Positions 29,071-38,935 of a DNA stretch of 64,000 nt are shown here, in pieces. Positions within the stretch are counted from its first letter, which is position 1; the number at the start of each line of letters is the position of its first letter. Below the pieces are notes generated by a model. That model saw only the letters and a program-made list of their open reading frames with translations. It made no database searches and was not told the origin of the DNA. The DNA comes from Candidatus Latescibacterota bacterium. GTDB taxonomy: Bacteria > Latescibacterota > UBA2968 > UBA8231. The translations under genes were made by a program, and so were the position numbers. The DNA is taken from positions 512,001 through 576,000 of the forward strand of contig CBDETK010000013.1 in assembly GCA_965242865.1 (NCBI GenBank), given 5' to 3'.

Positions 29071-29090
29071 ATTCCCGCGAACGCGGGAAT
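29071..29090. repeat. Single REP-like palindrome
   Basis: ATTCCCGCG-AA-CGCGGGAAT within gtcattcccgcgaacgcgggaatccag; intergenic. Confidence 0.7.
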
Positions 29091-29155
29091 CCAGTCTTGA
29101 ATGATGTAGAATTGTATATAATTCGCAGTCGTCCCAAACCAACACGAGGTGACCC

Positions 29156-31120
29156 ATGACTACCGCTGATCCAACGCCATTGTGGACGTCCTATCTGCTG
29201 CCCCGGCCGCGCGAGATTCGCATTGCCGACAGCGTCCGCTGTAAGCCGGGCGAAGTGGGCATTGCGTTGCGAGACCAAGCCGGGCCGATTGAGCAGCAGG
29301 GGGCCGCCGAGCTAAAAGCCCTGTTCGTTGAAAAGGGAGGAGCAAGGCCGGATGGACAGGGCTTTACCATCGACATTGGCGTCGCGCCGGCCAACAGCGC
29401 GGCTATTGAACGGCTTCACGGCGCGAAGAACGAGGCCCAAGCCTATCTCATTGCGCCCCGAGGACGCGACCGACTGGTGCTGACCGGCGCAGACGAGCGA
29501 GGCGTGTACTACGCCTGCCAGACCCTGCTCCAGTTGCTCGCACCCGAAATGAGCCGAGACCAAGTTCACATCCCCTTGGCCGAGGTGCTGGACTGGCCCG
29601 ATATGGACGAGCGGGGCCTGTGGAATTTTCCCGAGCCCGCGGCTTGGATTCCGTGGCTGGCCGCGCTCAAATTGAACTACGGCAAAATGGCCTCGACCCA
29701 GTTGCACCCCATTGAACGAGGGCGGCGCAACCGGGCCACCATCGACCGCGAACTGTACGAAGCGGCGCGGCGGCGGGCGTTCAATTACCTGCCGTACATT
29801 CTGCATCTCAATTTCCTGCACGACTGCGGCCTTTTCAGGGCCTATCCCGAATTAGCTGGCCGGGGAGACGGGGCGCTGACCGGCCGCTATTTTGCCCACA
29901 AGGAAGGCAATCAGCACCGGGTTCCCTGCGCTTCGCAGCCGCTGTTGGTGCAGATTCTGCAAGAGTGGATGGAGGATATCGCCGAGCAGGGGGCCGAGGA
30001 GATAAGCTGCTGGCTGAGCGAGCGGCCCGGGCAGTGCGACTGTCTCGAATGCACGGCGGTGGGGCAGTTCGTGCTGGAGGCGCGGGCGTTTGTCGCCGCT
30101 TGGCAGCAGGCCCAAAAGCGCTATCCCCAGTTGCAAATTCGCATCTTTTTATCCACCACCACCACCGAGCGCGATTATCGGGTGCTCGACGAGTTGCCCC
30201 CAGCCGTGAAAATTGAGCGGGCCTGCGCGACCGAGCTGGAGCGGGTGCTGCACCGGCCGCGCGATTTAACGGCCAATCCCCTGCTAGACCACTATGCGGC
30301 CGAGGGACGCTGGATCGCCAGTTACGATGTGCCCATTGCGGCCAATGGCCGGGTCGATACGCCCGAGTTCAAGGTGCCGCAACGTTCGGCCCACCGCTTG
30401 CGAGATTACATCGGCCAACTGGTGCGGCGGGGGTATAGCGGGGCTTATGGCATGATGGCTTGGGGTGGCCCCGAGCGCCAGATCTGCAGCTTTAATATCC
30501 ACGCCGTGGCCGAGTGGACTTGGAATAGTCGAGGCCGCGACGAAGCGGAATTTGCCTTGGCGTGGGCCCGGCGAGAAGGCTATGCCCAGCCCGAGGCCGT
30601 GGCCGAGTGGGCGACCTTGATGGGGCCGGTGGAATTCGATGTGTACGATTCCGATTTCCCGATATGCTATTCTTGGGGCCAAGCCGCCGCGATGGTGCGG
30701 CAGCGGCAGCGGCCCTATTTGGGCGAGGGAATGTTCCGCTACTATCTCACGGCCGAGGACTTCGACGCCAAAGCAGCGGTCTGCGACCGAGCCTTGGCAA
30801 TGGTCAAGGGCCTCGGGGAAGCGGAGTTGGCCCACGAGACGCGGGTGGTGCGGTCCTATGTGGAATTGGCGCGCGGCGTCTATTGGGTCGCCGAGCAGGT
30901 GGCGACCCTCGACTTAGCGGAGCTAAAAAACCAAGCGCGGGTGCGCGCCAGTCTCGATCGGTTGCAAAAGGCGGGGCGGGACAACGCCGCGGCCATTCGG
31001 ACTTGGCGCGCCAGCTTGGGCGGTGAGCCGTGGCACTACCGGGTCCACGATGCCATTAAGGGCGCGGAGACGACCGTGGCGGCTATCGTCCAATGCGTGG
31101 CCGACCGTTACTTGTATTGA
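29156..31120 (+). CDS. Protein with GH20-type N-terminal zincin-like domain and putative TIM-barrel hydrolase
   Basis: LLPRPREI, QAYLI, LTGADERGVYYACQTLLQL, DWPDMDERG, LKLNY. Confidence 0.7.
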   Translation: MTTADPTPLWTSYLLPRPREIRIADSVRCKPGEVGIALRDQAGPIEQQGAAELKALFVEKGGARPDGQGFTIDIGVAPANSAAIERLHGAKNEAQAYLIAPRGRDRLVLTGADERGVYYACQTLLQLLAPEMSRDQVHIPLAEVLDWPDMDERGLWNFPEPAAWIPWLAALKLNYGKMASTQLHPIERGRRNRATIDRELYEAARRRAFNYLPYILHLNFLHDCGLFRAYPELAGRGDGALTGRYFAHKEGNQHRVPCASQPLLVQILQEWMEDIAEQGAEEISCWLSERPGQCDCLECTAVGQFVLEARAFVAAWQQAQKRYPQLQIRIFLSTTTTERDYRVLDELPPAVKIERACATELERVLHRPRDLTANPLLDHYAAEGRWIASYDVPIAANGRVDTPEFKVPQRSAHRLRDYIGQLVRRGYSGAYGMMAWGGPERQICSFNIHAVAEWTWNSRGRDEAEFALAWARREGYAQPEAVAEWATLMGPVEFDVYDSDFPICYSWGQAAAMVRQRQRPYLGEGMFRYYLTAEDFDAKAAVCDRALAMVKGLGEAELAHETRVVRSYVELARGVYWVAEQVATLDLAELKNQARVRASLDRLQKAGRDNAAAIRTWRASLGGEPWHYRVHDAIKGAETTVAAIVQCVADRYLY

Positions 31121-31126
31121 GAGGTA

Positions 31127-31195
31127 ATGACACTCCAGACCATGGAGCGCGCGGCGCGGGTGCTGGGCAAAAAACTCCGCATTGAATTGGTTTGA
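31127..31195 (+). pseudogene. C-terminal remnant of an XRE/HTH antitoxin-type regulator
   Basis: Reads TLQTMERAARVLGKKLRIELV*, a typical XRE-HTH antitoxin tail. Confidence 0.55.
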
Positions 31196-31391
31196 CCGTA
31201 CCAAACCCTTGTCTGTGGTCGCGTCCTCCTCAATTGGCCTCGCCGGCGGCCGCCCTCGGCGTCGAGTCGCGCTAAACCGGCATGGAGCGCGTCTTCTGCC
31301 GGGGCTGGCTCGCCGGCGTCTAGCTAAAGGCTCGTCGTAGAACATCCTCCCAGTCGGCGCGAACCTCATCCCCTAGAACTCAACGCTCCGC

Positions 31392-32711
31392 TCACGGCGC
31401 GAACCGATAGACCACCGGCAACTGCGCCGGTTCTGTAACGCTAGCGTCCGTGTGATGGTAGATGTTGATGCGCCCGGCGCCGCAGTCGCCGAAATCGTCG
31501 CAGGAGAGCGTACCGCTCAGGCCCTGAAAGCCAGTCGTCGCGCTTAGTTGCTGGCGCAGCGCAGCGCGGTCCACCAACAGCTTCCCGTCCTCGGCCTCGG
31601 CCACCGCTTCAATGGCGTGGAGCAGCAGCGCGGTCGCGTCGTAGGCATGGGCCCAGTACGGCGAGGTCGGCGATTCTCCGTAGGTAGCTCTGTATGCGGC
31701 GAGCACTTCGTCTGCGCTCTTGCCGGTGACCCCATTGACGTTTGCGCTGTGATCCGTTTCCGGCCCGGCAAAGTATATGCCCTCCGACTGGGGGGTGCCG
31801 AGGAATTCGGACACGAGCAGAGCCGCGCCCGTGATGAGCGTGGTGCCTTCCAAGCCATCGAACTCCCGCGCCTGTTGGGCAAAGGGCGAGCCTTCCACCT
31901 CAAAGAGCGGGAAGAAGATGCCGTCGGGACCAGCGGCTGCAATTTCTGCGAGGACCTCCGTCATGTCCGCGTCGCCTTTCTGGATCTGGGCGATGACCGC
32001 GACCTCGCCGCCGAGAGCACCGAACGCATCGCCAAACGCGCTGACGAGGGCGGTGGTGTACGGGTCGCCGTCATCAACGGTCGCCACGCGCCGCAGCCCC
32101 AGTTCACTGTACGCAAAGTCGGCGAGTGCCCGCGCTTGATAGAGATCGTTGTTGGAAACGCGGAAATACCCGGGGTGGTAATCGGGACCGGCGGTGCCGG
32201 CGAGGTCGGACGTGAGCCGCGGCGAGGTGTTGGAGGGCGCGATCATCACCAAGCCGGCCGCGCTGAGCACGGGGGAGGCGGCCACGGCCGCGCCAGAGCA
32301 GGATGTGCCGATGACGCCAACCACCTGTGGGTCCGCGGCGATCTGCTCGGCGCGGGTGCGCCCTCCATCCGGTCCACACGTGCCATCTACCGGCTCGCCG
32401 AGTTCGATGGCGTACCCGCGAATGCTGCCGATGTCGCGCACGGCTAATTCAATGGCGTACCGCTCCGTCACACCAAGCGATGGCGCGATGGTGTGGGCGA
32501 GCAAGGAGCGGATCTGGACGGCCTCGCCGGCGCGGATCTCGACCGCGCCGAGCGGGTGACGCTGCAACTCGGCGCGGCCAGCAACGGGCTCACTAGTCCA
32601 CGTCACGCTGCTGAGGACGCGCTTGGCCGCGGCCTCGGTCGGCTGGTCCGCAGAGGAACACGCGCCGAGGGCCAAGGCGCAGGTGAAAAGAAAAAACAGA
32701 GCGAATTTCAT
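31392..32711 (-). CDS. Branched-chain amino acid-type ABC substrate-binding lipoprotein (copy 2)
   Basis: Lipobox LGAC; GTSCS, PSNTSP, YFRV..ND, AYDA, FQGLSG; 439 aa. Confidence 0.9.
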   Translation of the reverse strand: MKFALFFLFTCALALGACSSADQPTEAAAKRVLSSVTWTSEPVAGRAELQRHPLGAVEIRAGEAVQIRSLLAHTIAPSLGVTERYAIELAVRDIGSIRGYAIELGEPVDGTCGPDGGRTRAEQIAADPQVVGVIGTSCSGAAVAASPVLSAAGLVMIAPSNTSPRLTSDLAGTAGPDYHPGYFRVSNNDLYQARALADFAYSELGLRRVATVDDGDPYTTALVSAFGDAFGALGGEVAVIAQIQKGDADMTEVLAEIAAAGPDGIFFPLFEVEGSPFAQQAREFDGLEGTTLITGAALLVSEFLGTPQSEGIYFAGPETDHSANVNGVTGKSADEVLAAYRATYGESPTSPYWAHAYDATALLLHAIEAVAEAEDGKLLVDRAALRQQLSATTGFQGLSGTLSCDDFGDCGAGRINIYHHTDASVTEPAQLPVVYRFAP

Positions 32712-32760
32712 TGGGTCTCCTTTATGGGTTTAGATGAGTCTTGATTGATGGTATCGAGGT

Positions 32761-34080
32761 TCACGGCGCGAATCGATGGACCACCGGCAATTGAGCGACG
32801 TCGGTGATGCTCGCGTCCGCGTGGTGATAGATGTTGACGCGCCCGGTGCCGCAGTCGCCAAAATCGCCGCAGGAGAGCGTGCCGATCAAGCCCTGAAAGC
32901 CGACGGTCGCGCTTAGTTGTTGGCGCAACGCGGCGCGGTCCACCAACAACTTCCCGTCCTCGGCCTCGGCCACCGCTTCAATGGCGTGGAGCAGCAGCGT
33001 GGTCGCGTCGTAGGCATGGGGCCAAAACGTTGAGGCGGGAGCCATTCCGTAGGTCGCTTTGTATGCGGCGAGCACTTCGTCTGCGCTCTTGCCGGTGACC
33101 CCATTGACGTTTGCGCCGTGATCCACCTCCGGCCCGGCAAAGTATATGCCCTCCGACTGAGGGGTGCCGAGGAACTCGGACACGAGCAGAGCAGAGCCTG
33201 CGATGAGGGTGGCGTCTGCCAAGCCATCGAACTCCCGCGCCTGTTGGGCAAAGAGCGAGCCTTCCACCTCAAAGAGCGGGAAGAAGATGCCGTCGGGACC
33301 GGCGGCTGCAATTTCTGCGATAACCTCCGTCATGTCCGCATCGCCTTTCTGGATCTGGGTGCTGGCCGCGACCTCGCCGCCGAGGGATCCGAACGCATCG
33401 CCAAACGCGCTGACGAGGGCGGTGGTGAATGGGTCGCCGTCATGGACAGTCGCCACGCGCCGCAGCCCTAGTTCACCGTACGCAAAATCGGCGACAGCTC
33501 GCCCCTTGTAGAGATCGTTGTTCGAGACGCGGAAGTACCCGGGGTGGTAGTCCGGGCTGACGGTGCCGGCGAGGTCGGACGTGAGCCGCGGCGAGGTGTT
33601 GGAAGGCGAGACCATGGCCAAGCCGGCCGCGCTGAACACGGGTGAGGCCGCCACAGCCGAGCCGGAGCAGGATGTGCCAATCACCCCGATCACCTGTGGG
33701 TCCGCGCTGATCTGCTCGGCGCGGGTGCGCCCTCCCTCCGGTCCACACGCGCCATCTACCGGCTCACCCAGTTCGATGGCATACCCGCGAATGCTGCCGA
33801 CATCGCGCACGGCCAACTCAGCCGCGTTCCGCTGGGTCACACCGGTTGACGGCGAGATGGTGTGCGAGAGCAGCGAACGGAGCTGGACGGCCTCGCCGGC
33901 GCGGACCTCAACTACGCCGAGCGAGTGATCCCGCGACTCGGCGCGGCCAGCGACGGGCGTACTGGTCCACGTCACACTGCTGAGGACGCGCTTGGCCGCC
34001 GCTTCGGTCGGCTGGTCCGCGGAGGAACACGCGCCAAGGGCCAAGGCGCAGGTCAGGAGGAAAAACAGGGCGAATTTCAT
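32761..34080 (-). CDS. Branched-chain amino acid-type ABC substrate-binding lipoprotein (copy 1)
   Basis: Start MKFALFF at 34080 after ggagg; same length (439 aa) and highly similar to 31392-32711. Confidence 0.9.
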   Translation of the reverse strand: MKFALFFLLTCALALGACSSADQPTEAAAKRVLSSVTWTSTPVAGRAESRDHSLGVVEVRAGEAVQLRSLLSHTISPSTGVTQRNAAELAVRDVGSIRGYAIELGEPVDGACGPEGGRTRAEQISADPQVIGVIGTSCSGSAVAASPVFSAAGLAMVSPSNTSPRLTSDLAGTVSPDYHPGYFRVSNNDLYKGRAVADFAYGELGLRRVATVHDGDPFTTALVSAFGDAFGSLGGEVAASTQIQKGDADMTEVIAEIAAAGPDGIFFPLFEVEGSLFAQQAREFDGLADATLIAGSALLVSEFLGTPQSEGIYFAGPEVDHGANVNGVTGKSADEVLAAYKATYGMAPASTFWPHAYDATTLLLHAIEAVAEAEDGKLLVDRAALRQQLSATVGFQGLIGTLSCGDFGDCGTGRVNIYHHADASITDVAQLPVVHRFAP

Positions 34081-34109
34081 GGAGCCTCCTTTGTGGAGTT
34101 GAGCAAATG

Positions 34110-35459
34110 TCATCGTGCGCTGGGATAGATGCCCAAAAATTCGCGGGCCGGGTGGTGCGGCTCTGAGGGCGAGAGGGCATCGGGATCGTTGACTACGGCG
34201 GTAGCGGGCGGCACTATGGGGCGTCCGTGGGCGAGGGGATCGCCGGTATTTTGCATCCATTGGTCGAGACGCTGGCGCAGTGCTGCTAGGCGATCTTGGC
34301 AAGTGGGATCTGCGGCCAAGTTGTGGGTTTCGTGCGGGTCGAAGACTAAGTCGTAGAGTCGCTCGCGCTCTAGGGAGCGTTGCCGCCAGCCTTGGTCGAT
34401 AAAATAGTCTTTGGTCGGGCTGTCGTCGCAGTTGGGCATGACGGGGTATTGGCGTTGGTCGAAGCGGCGGATGTACTTGAAGCGCGGCGTGCGGATGCAG
34501 CGCTGGGGTTCGTAGTAAGTATGGTAGTTCACTTCGGCGAAAATTTCGCGGCGGATTTCCCGCGTCTGGCCGCTTACCAGCGGCAACAGGGAGGTCCCCT
34601 GCAGGTGCTCGGGCGAGGCAATCCCGGCTAGGGCGCAGACCGTTGGATAGAGATCGATTTGGCTGACCAAAGAGTCGATGAGTTGGCCGCGGCTGAAGCC
34701 GCCCGGGCCGCGCAGCACGAGCATGACGCCCAAGCCGTGGTCGGTGAGATTGCACTTCATGGTGGGGAAGGCCAAGCCGTGATCCGTGGTGCAAATGACT
34801 AAGGTGTTATCGGCCAAGCCGTGGTCGCGTAGCGCGGCCAAGACGCGGCCCATTTTGGCGTCGAGGGTGCGGGCCGCGTCGATGTAGGCAGCCATGTCGC
34901 GGCGCGTGTCGGGCGTATCGGGAAAGGGCGCGGGGGGCCGCACATAGCGCGGGTCAGTGGGAGCCTCGCCCGGGGGCGGGGGTGCAAACCCGCGTCCTTG
35001 GCGGTGGGTTTCGCCAAAGCCCACGTCCAAATAGAAGGGGGCTCGATGCGCTTCGGCCAAAAAGGCCGCGGCTCGCTCCTCAGTGGTGCTCGCGGGGGCC
35101 TCTTGGGGCAACAGGCGGGTGAAGCCGCCGTCGGCGACGTCGGCCACCACGTGCTGGAAGCCAGCTAGGGCCGTGGTGTAGCCGGCCTGTTGCAGGGTGT
35201 GGGTTAGGAGCCGCTCGGGATGGGGCAATGTCCAGCCTCGATTGACCAAGCCGGTCATACCGCAGGAATGGGCCCACTGGCCGGTGAGCAAGCAGGCGCG
35301 GCTAGGCGAGCAGGTGGGGTTGGCGCAAAAGGCCTGGCGGAAAAGGACGCCTTCCTCGGCCAACTGCTGGATGTGGGGCGTGGGTATGGCGTGGCCATAA
35401 GGTTGGACGTAGCGGCCGGTGTCGTGCGAGTGGATATAGACGATGTTGGGTGCTGGCAT
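34110..35459 (-). CDS. Cys-type formylglycine-dependent sulfatase
   Basis: PNIVYIHSHD, TCSPSRACLLTG (CxPxR), TTDHG, LYDLVFDPHE. Confidence 0.93.
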   Translation of the reverse strand: MPAPNIVYIHSHDTGRYVQPYGHAIPTPHIQQLAEEGVLFRQAFCANPTCSPSRACLLTGQWAHSCGMTGLVNRGWTLPHPERLLTHTLQQAGYTTALAGFQHVVADVADGGFTRLLPQEAPASTTEERAAAFLAEAHRAPFYLDVGFGETHRQGRGFAPPPPGEAPTDPRYVRPPAPFPDTPDTRRDMAAYIDAARTLDAKMGRVLAALRDHGLADNTLVICTTDHGLAFPTMKCNLTDHGLGVMLVLRGPGGFSRGQLIDSLVSQIDLYPTVCALAGIASPEHLQGTSLLPLVSGQTREIRREIFAEVNYHTYYEPQRCIRTPRFKYIRRFDQRQYPVMPNCDDSPTKDYFIDQGWRQRSLERERLYDLVFDPHETHNLAADPTCQDRLAALRQRLDQWMQNTGDPLAHGRPIVPPATAVVNDPDALSPSEPHHPAREFLGIYPSAR

Positions 35460-35591
35460 GGCCCTGTCGTGGGTTGAGGGACGGTTCAAAGACGCAATCA
35501 CGCGCTAACAAGGGCGAGAATGCGCATGTGATAGAATAAGATATGCCCGCTTCGGCAAAAAATCTATCTATCCGGCGGTAAGGAGCGGACA

Positions 35592-35621
35592 TTGACAGGC
35601 CAAAGCAGCCAACCATAGCTT
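35592..35621 (+). promoter_or_regulatory. Possible sigma70 promoter
   Basis: TTGACA (35592-35597), 18-bp spacer, TAGCTT. Confidence 0.4.
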
Positions 35622-35678
35622 AGGGGCCGCAAGCAGGGATTAACGACCTTTTCATTCGCCACCGTCGAAAGGCAAAAA

Positions 35679-36854
35679 ATGACTACCGAACGATCCGTGC
35701 AGGAGACCTACCGGGCCACGGCCTTTGCCGACGCCCAGCCCGAACTCGCTGCTCCCGGGGCCACGCCCGAGCGCTTGGCCCACTTGCAGGAGCATGGTTT
35801 CGTCATCATCACCGACTTTGTCGACAACCCGTGGATCCCGGTTCTGCGCGAGGCCGGCCGCCGCGTCACCGAGGCCTGCGCGCCCGAGCACGGGTACAGC
35901 AAGATCGACTGCTCAAAGGGCTATGTGCATCGGGCGGGCGGCCATGAGCCGTGGGCGATTCGGGGCCTCATCCATCCCGCTTTTGCCGAGCCTTGCTTTG
36001 CCGAGTTTCATGGCTCGGACGATTTCCTGAACTTCGTCGCCTCTTGGTGCGATGGGCTTGGGCCGGAGGACCTGGTGATGAGCGGTATGTTGCTGTGGTG
36101 CAATCCCCGGCGGCACGAGAATGGGCCGAGTTGGCACCGCGACGTGACGTGGTGGGGCGATGGCAAGCCCTATTTTTCGCAGCGAGACAAGCGCGGGGAG
36201 AGCTTGGAGGATTACTCCGAGGAAGTCGAAAAAACGCGCTGGGAAGAAATCCGCGCCAACAACGCCCGGTCGCTGGCGGAGCGGAACGGCGTGAGCATGT
36301 TTCTGGCGCTGGTTGACGACGAGTGCCACGAACTCATCCCCGGCAGCCACGATCGCTGGCGCACGCCGTTTGAGCACGATGTGCTCTTGCCGCAAGCCAT
36401 GAAGGACCAAGGGGTGCCCCACACGCCGAGTTGGAACCGGGTGGACCCGTTGCCGGGCCAAGTGGCGATCCGGCTCAAGCCCGGGGAAGCCCTCATCCGC
36501 AATGGGGTCACGATCCACACCGGGCACACCGTCCCCGAGCGCGAGCGCAACACCCTGTCGATTGGCTGGTCGAAGTGGTCGGGGCCGTTCACTGGCGAGC
36601 CATCGGTAGCGGACGCACGCAATGCGTGGCAACTCGATCCCGCGGTGCGCGCGGCCTTGCCGCACGAGTGGATGAAGACGGCGTGGGACCGTTGGGCTGA
36701 AACCCAAAAGCTGGGGGATACGCTAGAAGATCGCTACGCTGGGTTTGACATTCAGCGCATCAAAGCAGGCGAAGTCGCGGGCTGGCGTAGCGAGTTGGAA
36801 CGCCAAGCGGCGGCAGCGGGCGAAGCGTGGGAGCCGTTTCAAACGGTGGCGTGA
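35679..36854 (+). CDS. PhyH-like Fe(II)/2OG oxygenase
   Basis: HGFVII, SWHRD, LIPGSH, LKPGEALI...IHTG, ERNT. Confidence 0.8.
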   Translation: MTTERSVQETYRATAFADAQPELAAPGATPERLAHLQEHGFVIITDFVDNPWIPVLREAGRRVTEACAPEHGYSKIDCSKGYVHRAGGHEPWAIRGLIHPAFAEPCFAEFHGSDDFLNFVASWCDGLGPEDLVMSGMLLWCNPRRHENGPSWHRDVTWWGDGKPYFSQRDKRGESLEDYSEEVEKTRWEEIRANNARSLAERNGVSMFLALVDDECHELIPGSHDRWRTPFEHDVLLPQAMKDQGVPHTPSWNRVDPLPGQVAIRLKPGEALIRNGVTIHTGHTVPERERNTLSIGWSKWSGPFTGEPSVADARNAWQLDPAVRAALPHEWMKTAWDRWAETQKLGDTLEDRYAGFDIQRIKAGEVAGWRSELERQAAAAGEAWEPFQTVA

Positions 36855-36868
36855 CCTTCAACCCGCCA

Positions 36869-38179
36869 TCAGCTCTCTCGTCCCACGGGCGCAATGCCAT
36901 ACTGACGTAGCGTATCCGCCAAGGTCGGCCGGCCGAGGCGGATGCGATCGTCGCTCAATAAATACGAGAATACATAGCCCAGCCCCAGCATCAGAATCCC
37001 GATCAGGAAGCAGTAGATGAACGCCCGGTCGGGATATTGATCCTTGAGATACCCCACGTACAGGGGGCCGCAAATTCCCGCCGCGGCCCAAGCCGTCAAA
37101 ATGGTGCCGTAGATCGTGGACATCTTTTGCGGGCCAAAAACGTCGAGCACGAAGGAGGGCATGGTGGCAAAGCCTCCGCCAAAGCACAAGAGGACATAAC
37201 AAACGAGCACAGAAAAGACCCAAGGGTTGCGCTCGGTCATCAAGATGCCAAAGACGACCATCTGACTGGCGAGCAAAATTCTGAAGACCCGGACGCGGCC
37301 CAGCCGATCGGATAGCAACCCCCAAAACAGCCGGCCCACGCCATTGCACAGGGAACTGATGGCGATCAGGGTGGCCCCGTATTCGGCCAGCGTCGCTGGC
37401 TCAACCGACGGATCGGCCAAGCTCCAAACTTCTTGTAGGAGTTCCGACTGAAAGCTGATGACGGAGATGCCAGCCGCGATATTGAAGAAGAAGACGATCC
37501 AGATGAGGACGAACTCAGAGGACCGCAGATAGGGCGCGACCGAGTCGGACTCGTCGCTGGACGCTGGTTCGGCAACCGCTCCAGCCGCGACCGGGGGATT
37601 GCTCAACAGCAAGCTGCAAGGGAGCAGAACAGCGGCGAAGATCACCCCCAACCCCAAGAAGATGCGGGACAAATCGCCTGCTAGATGGGACACGAGCAGG
37701 GGCGCCAAGCCCTTGCTCAACAGAAACGCGCCCACCCCGAACCCCATCACGACGATCCCGGTCGCCAAGCCCTTTTTGTCCGGGAACCACTTGGCCACCG
37801 TGGCCACGGGCGTGACGTAGCCCAGCCCGATGCCCGCCCCGCCGATGACGCCGTACCCCACGTAAAACAGCGCGAGCGCGTCCCATTGCAGGGCCAGCCC
37901 GGCCAGCAGATAGCCGCTCGAAAACATGAGGCTGCCGGTGACCGCCAAGCGCCGCGGTCCGACCCGCGGCAACAGCGCACCGGCCCAAGCCGCTGAGGTG
38001 CCCAGCGAAAAGATCGCCAAGCTGAAAGCCCAAGCCGTTTCGGTGAACGACCAGCCGAGTTGCCGGACCAAGAGCGTTTGAAAGAAACTCCACGCGTACA
38101 CCGTCCCAAAACAGATCTGCAGGAAGGTGCAGAATAGAGCTATCATTGAGCGCGGAATGAGTCCTCTTGGTTGCGCCAT
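36869..38179 (-). CDS. MFS transporter, oxalate/formate antiporter (OFA) family
   Basis: GTVYAWS, GLGYVTP..KWFPDKKGLATG, NGVGRLFWG.LSDRLGR, FGGGF, YG.ILTAW. Confidence 0.92.
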   Translation of the reverse strand: MAQPRGLIPRSMIALFCTFLQICFGTVYAWSFFQTLLVRQLGWSFTETAWAFSLAIFSLGTSAAWAGALLPRVGPRRLAVTGSLMFSSGYLLAGLALQWDALALFYVGYGVIGGAGIGLGYVTPVATVAKWFPDKKGLATGIVVMGFGVGAFLLSKGLAPLLVSHLAGDLSRIFLGLGVIFAAVLLPCSLLLSNPPVAAGAVAEPASSDESDSVAPYLRSSEFVLIWIVFFFNIAAGISVISFQSELLQEVWSLADPSVEPATLAEYGATLIAISSLCNGVGRLFWGLLSDRLGRVRVFRILLASQMVVFGILMTERNPWVFSVLVCYVLLCFGGGFATMPSFVLDVFGPQKMSTIYGTILTAWAAAGICGPLYVGYLKDQYPDRAFIYCFLIGILMLGLGYVFSYLLSDDRIRLGRPTLADTLRQYGIAPVGRES

Positions 38180-38212
38180 TGTTCTAGCCCTCAATCGCCC
38201 TTGCCGCGAAGG

Positions 38213-38935
38213 TTAAGACGGCTGTTCGGGCGGCGGGTGCGGCCCCCGGTCGGCGACATAGAGGAAAAGCCGAGCGAGGTGGCCGACTTCGTCGTCGCGC
38301 GCCAGCAGGTTGTCGTCTGTAGCTTTGCCATCGCGCGCCATGCCCACGGCATAGCTCAAGAGTGCGCCCAGCGGCTGGGCCGCTAAATTGACCAACCAGA
38401 TCGCGGCAAAGACGCCGACGACGAGGATGATGGAAAAAAGGTACACCTGCTGACCGATGGCGCGTTGAATTTTGAGCGCGATCAGCCCGGTGTCCATGCC
38501 CACGTGAACCGTCCCGGCAACGCCGACGAGAATTGGACTGCCCACTTCGACGAAATCGCCCATCCCGGGCAGGCTGCGCTCCACTGTGTCCATGTTGAAC
38601 GGATCGCTGGCGCGGATTTCGGCGGGAATGCCCGGCACAAAGGTATGGGCGAGAAACTCGCCGGCTTCGTCGGTGATGTAGATGTATTTTATGCCCTGAA
38701 TCTCGACGAACTGGTCGATGAGCGACTGCAACGCCGACAAGTCGCGATTGAGGAGAATTTCAACGCTCGAATCGGCAATGGTCTTGGCGATGTCGCGGCT
38801 GTTGCTCTCGTATTCGGCCGACAGGTGCGTATCGACCGTATAGACGCACAGAATGGAGGTCGATAGGCCGATCAAGCCGAACAGGGCAAAGACGCCGAAC
38901 AGGGTTTTCTTAAATAGCTTTTGGACTTTTATCAT
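38213..38935 (-). CDS. Membrane sensor-like protein (2 TM, extracytoplasmic domain, HAMP-like) with no output domain
   Basis: TM - periplasmic region - TM, then PLGAL...DDEVGHLARLF HAMP motif; ends about 15 aa later. Confidence 0.75.
   Translation of the reverse strand: MIKVQKLFKKTLFGVFALFGLIGLSTSILCVYTVDTHLSAEYESNSRDIAKTIADSSVEILLNRDLSALQSLIDQFVEIQGIKYIYITDEAGEFLAHTFVPGIPAEIRASDPFNMDTVERSLPGMGDFVEVGSPILVGVAGTVHVGMDTGLIALKIQRAIGQQVYLFSIILVVGVFAAIWLVNLAAQPLGALLSYAVGMARDGKATDDNLLARDDEVGHLARLFLYVADRGPHPPPEQPS

Noticed and set aside
32761-34794. 677-aa ORF in the track as an extended SBP
   Set aside because: The N-terminal extension is an alternative frame of the sulfatase gene; the real start is 34080 (RBS, lipoprotein signal, match to the paralogue)
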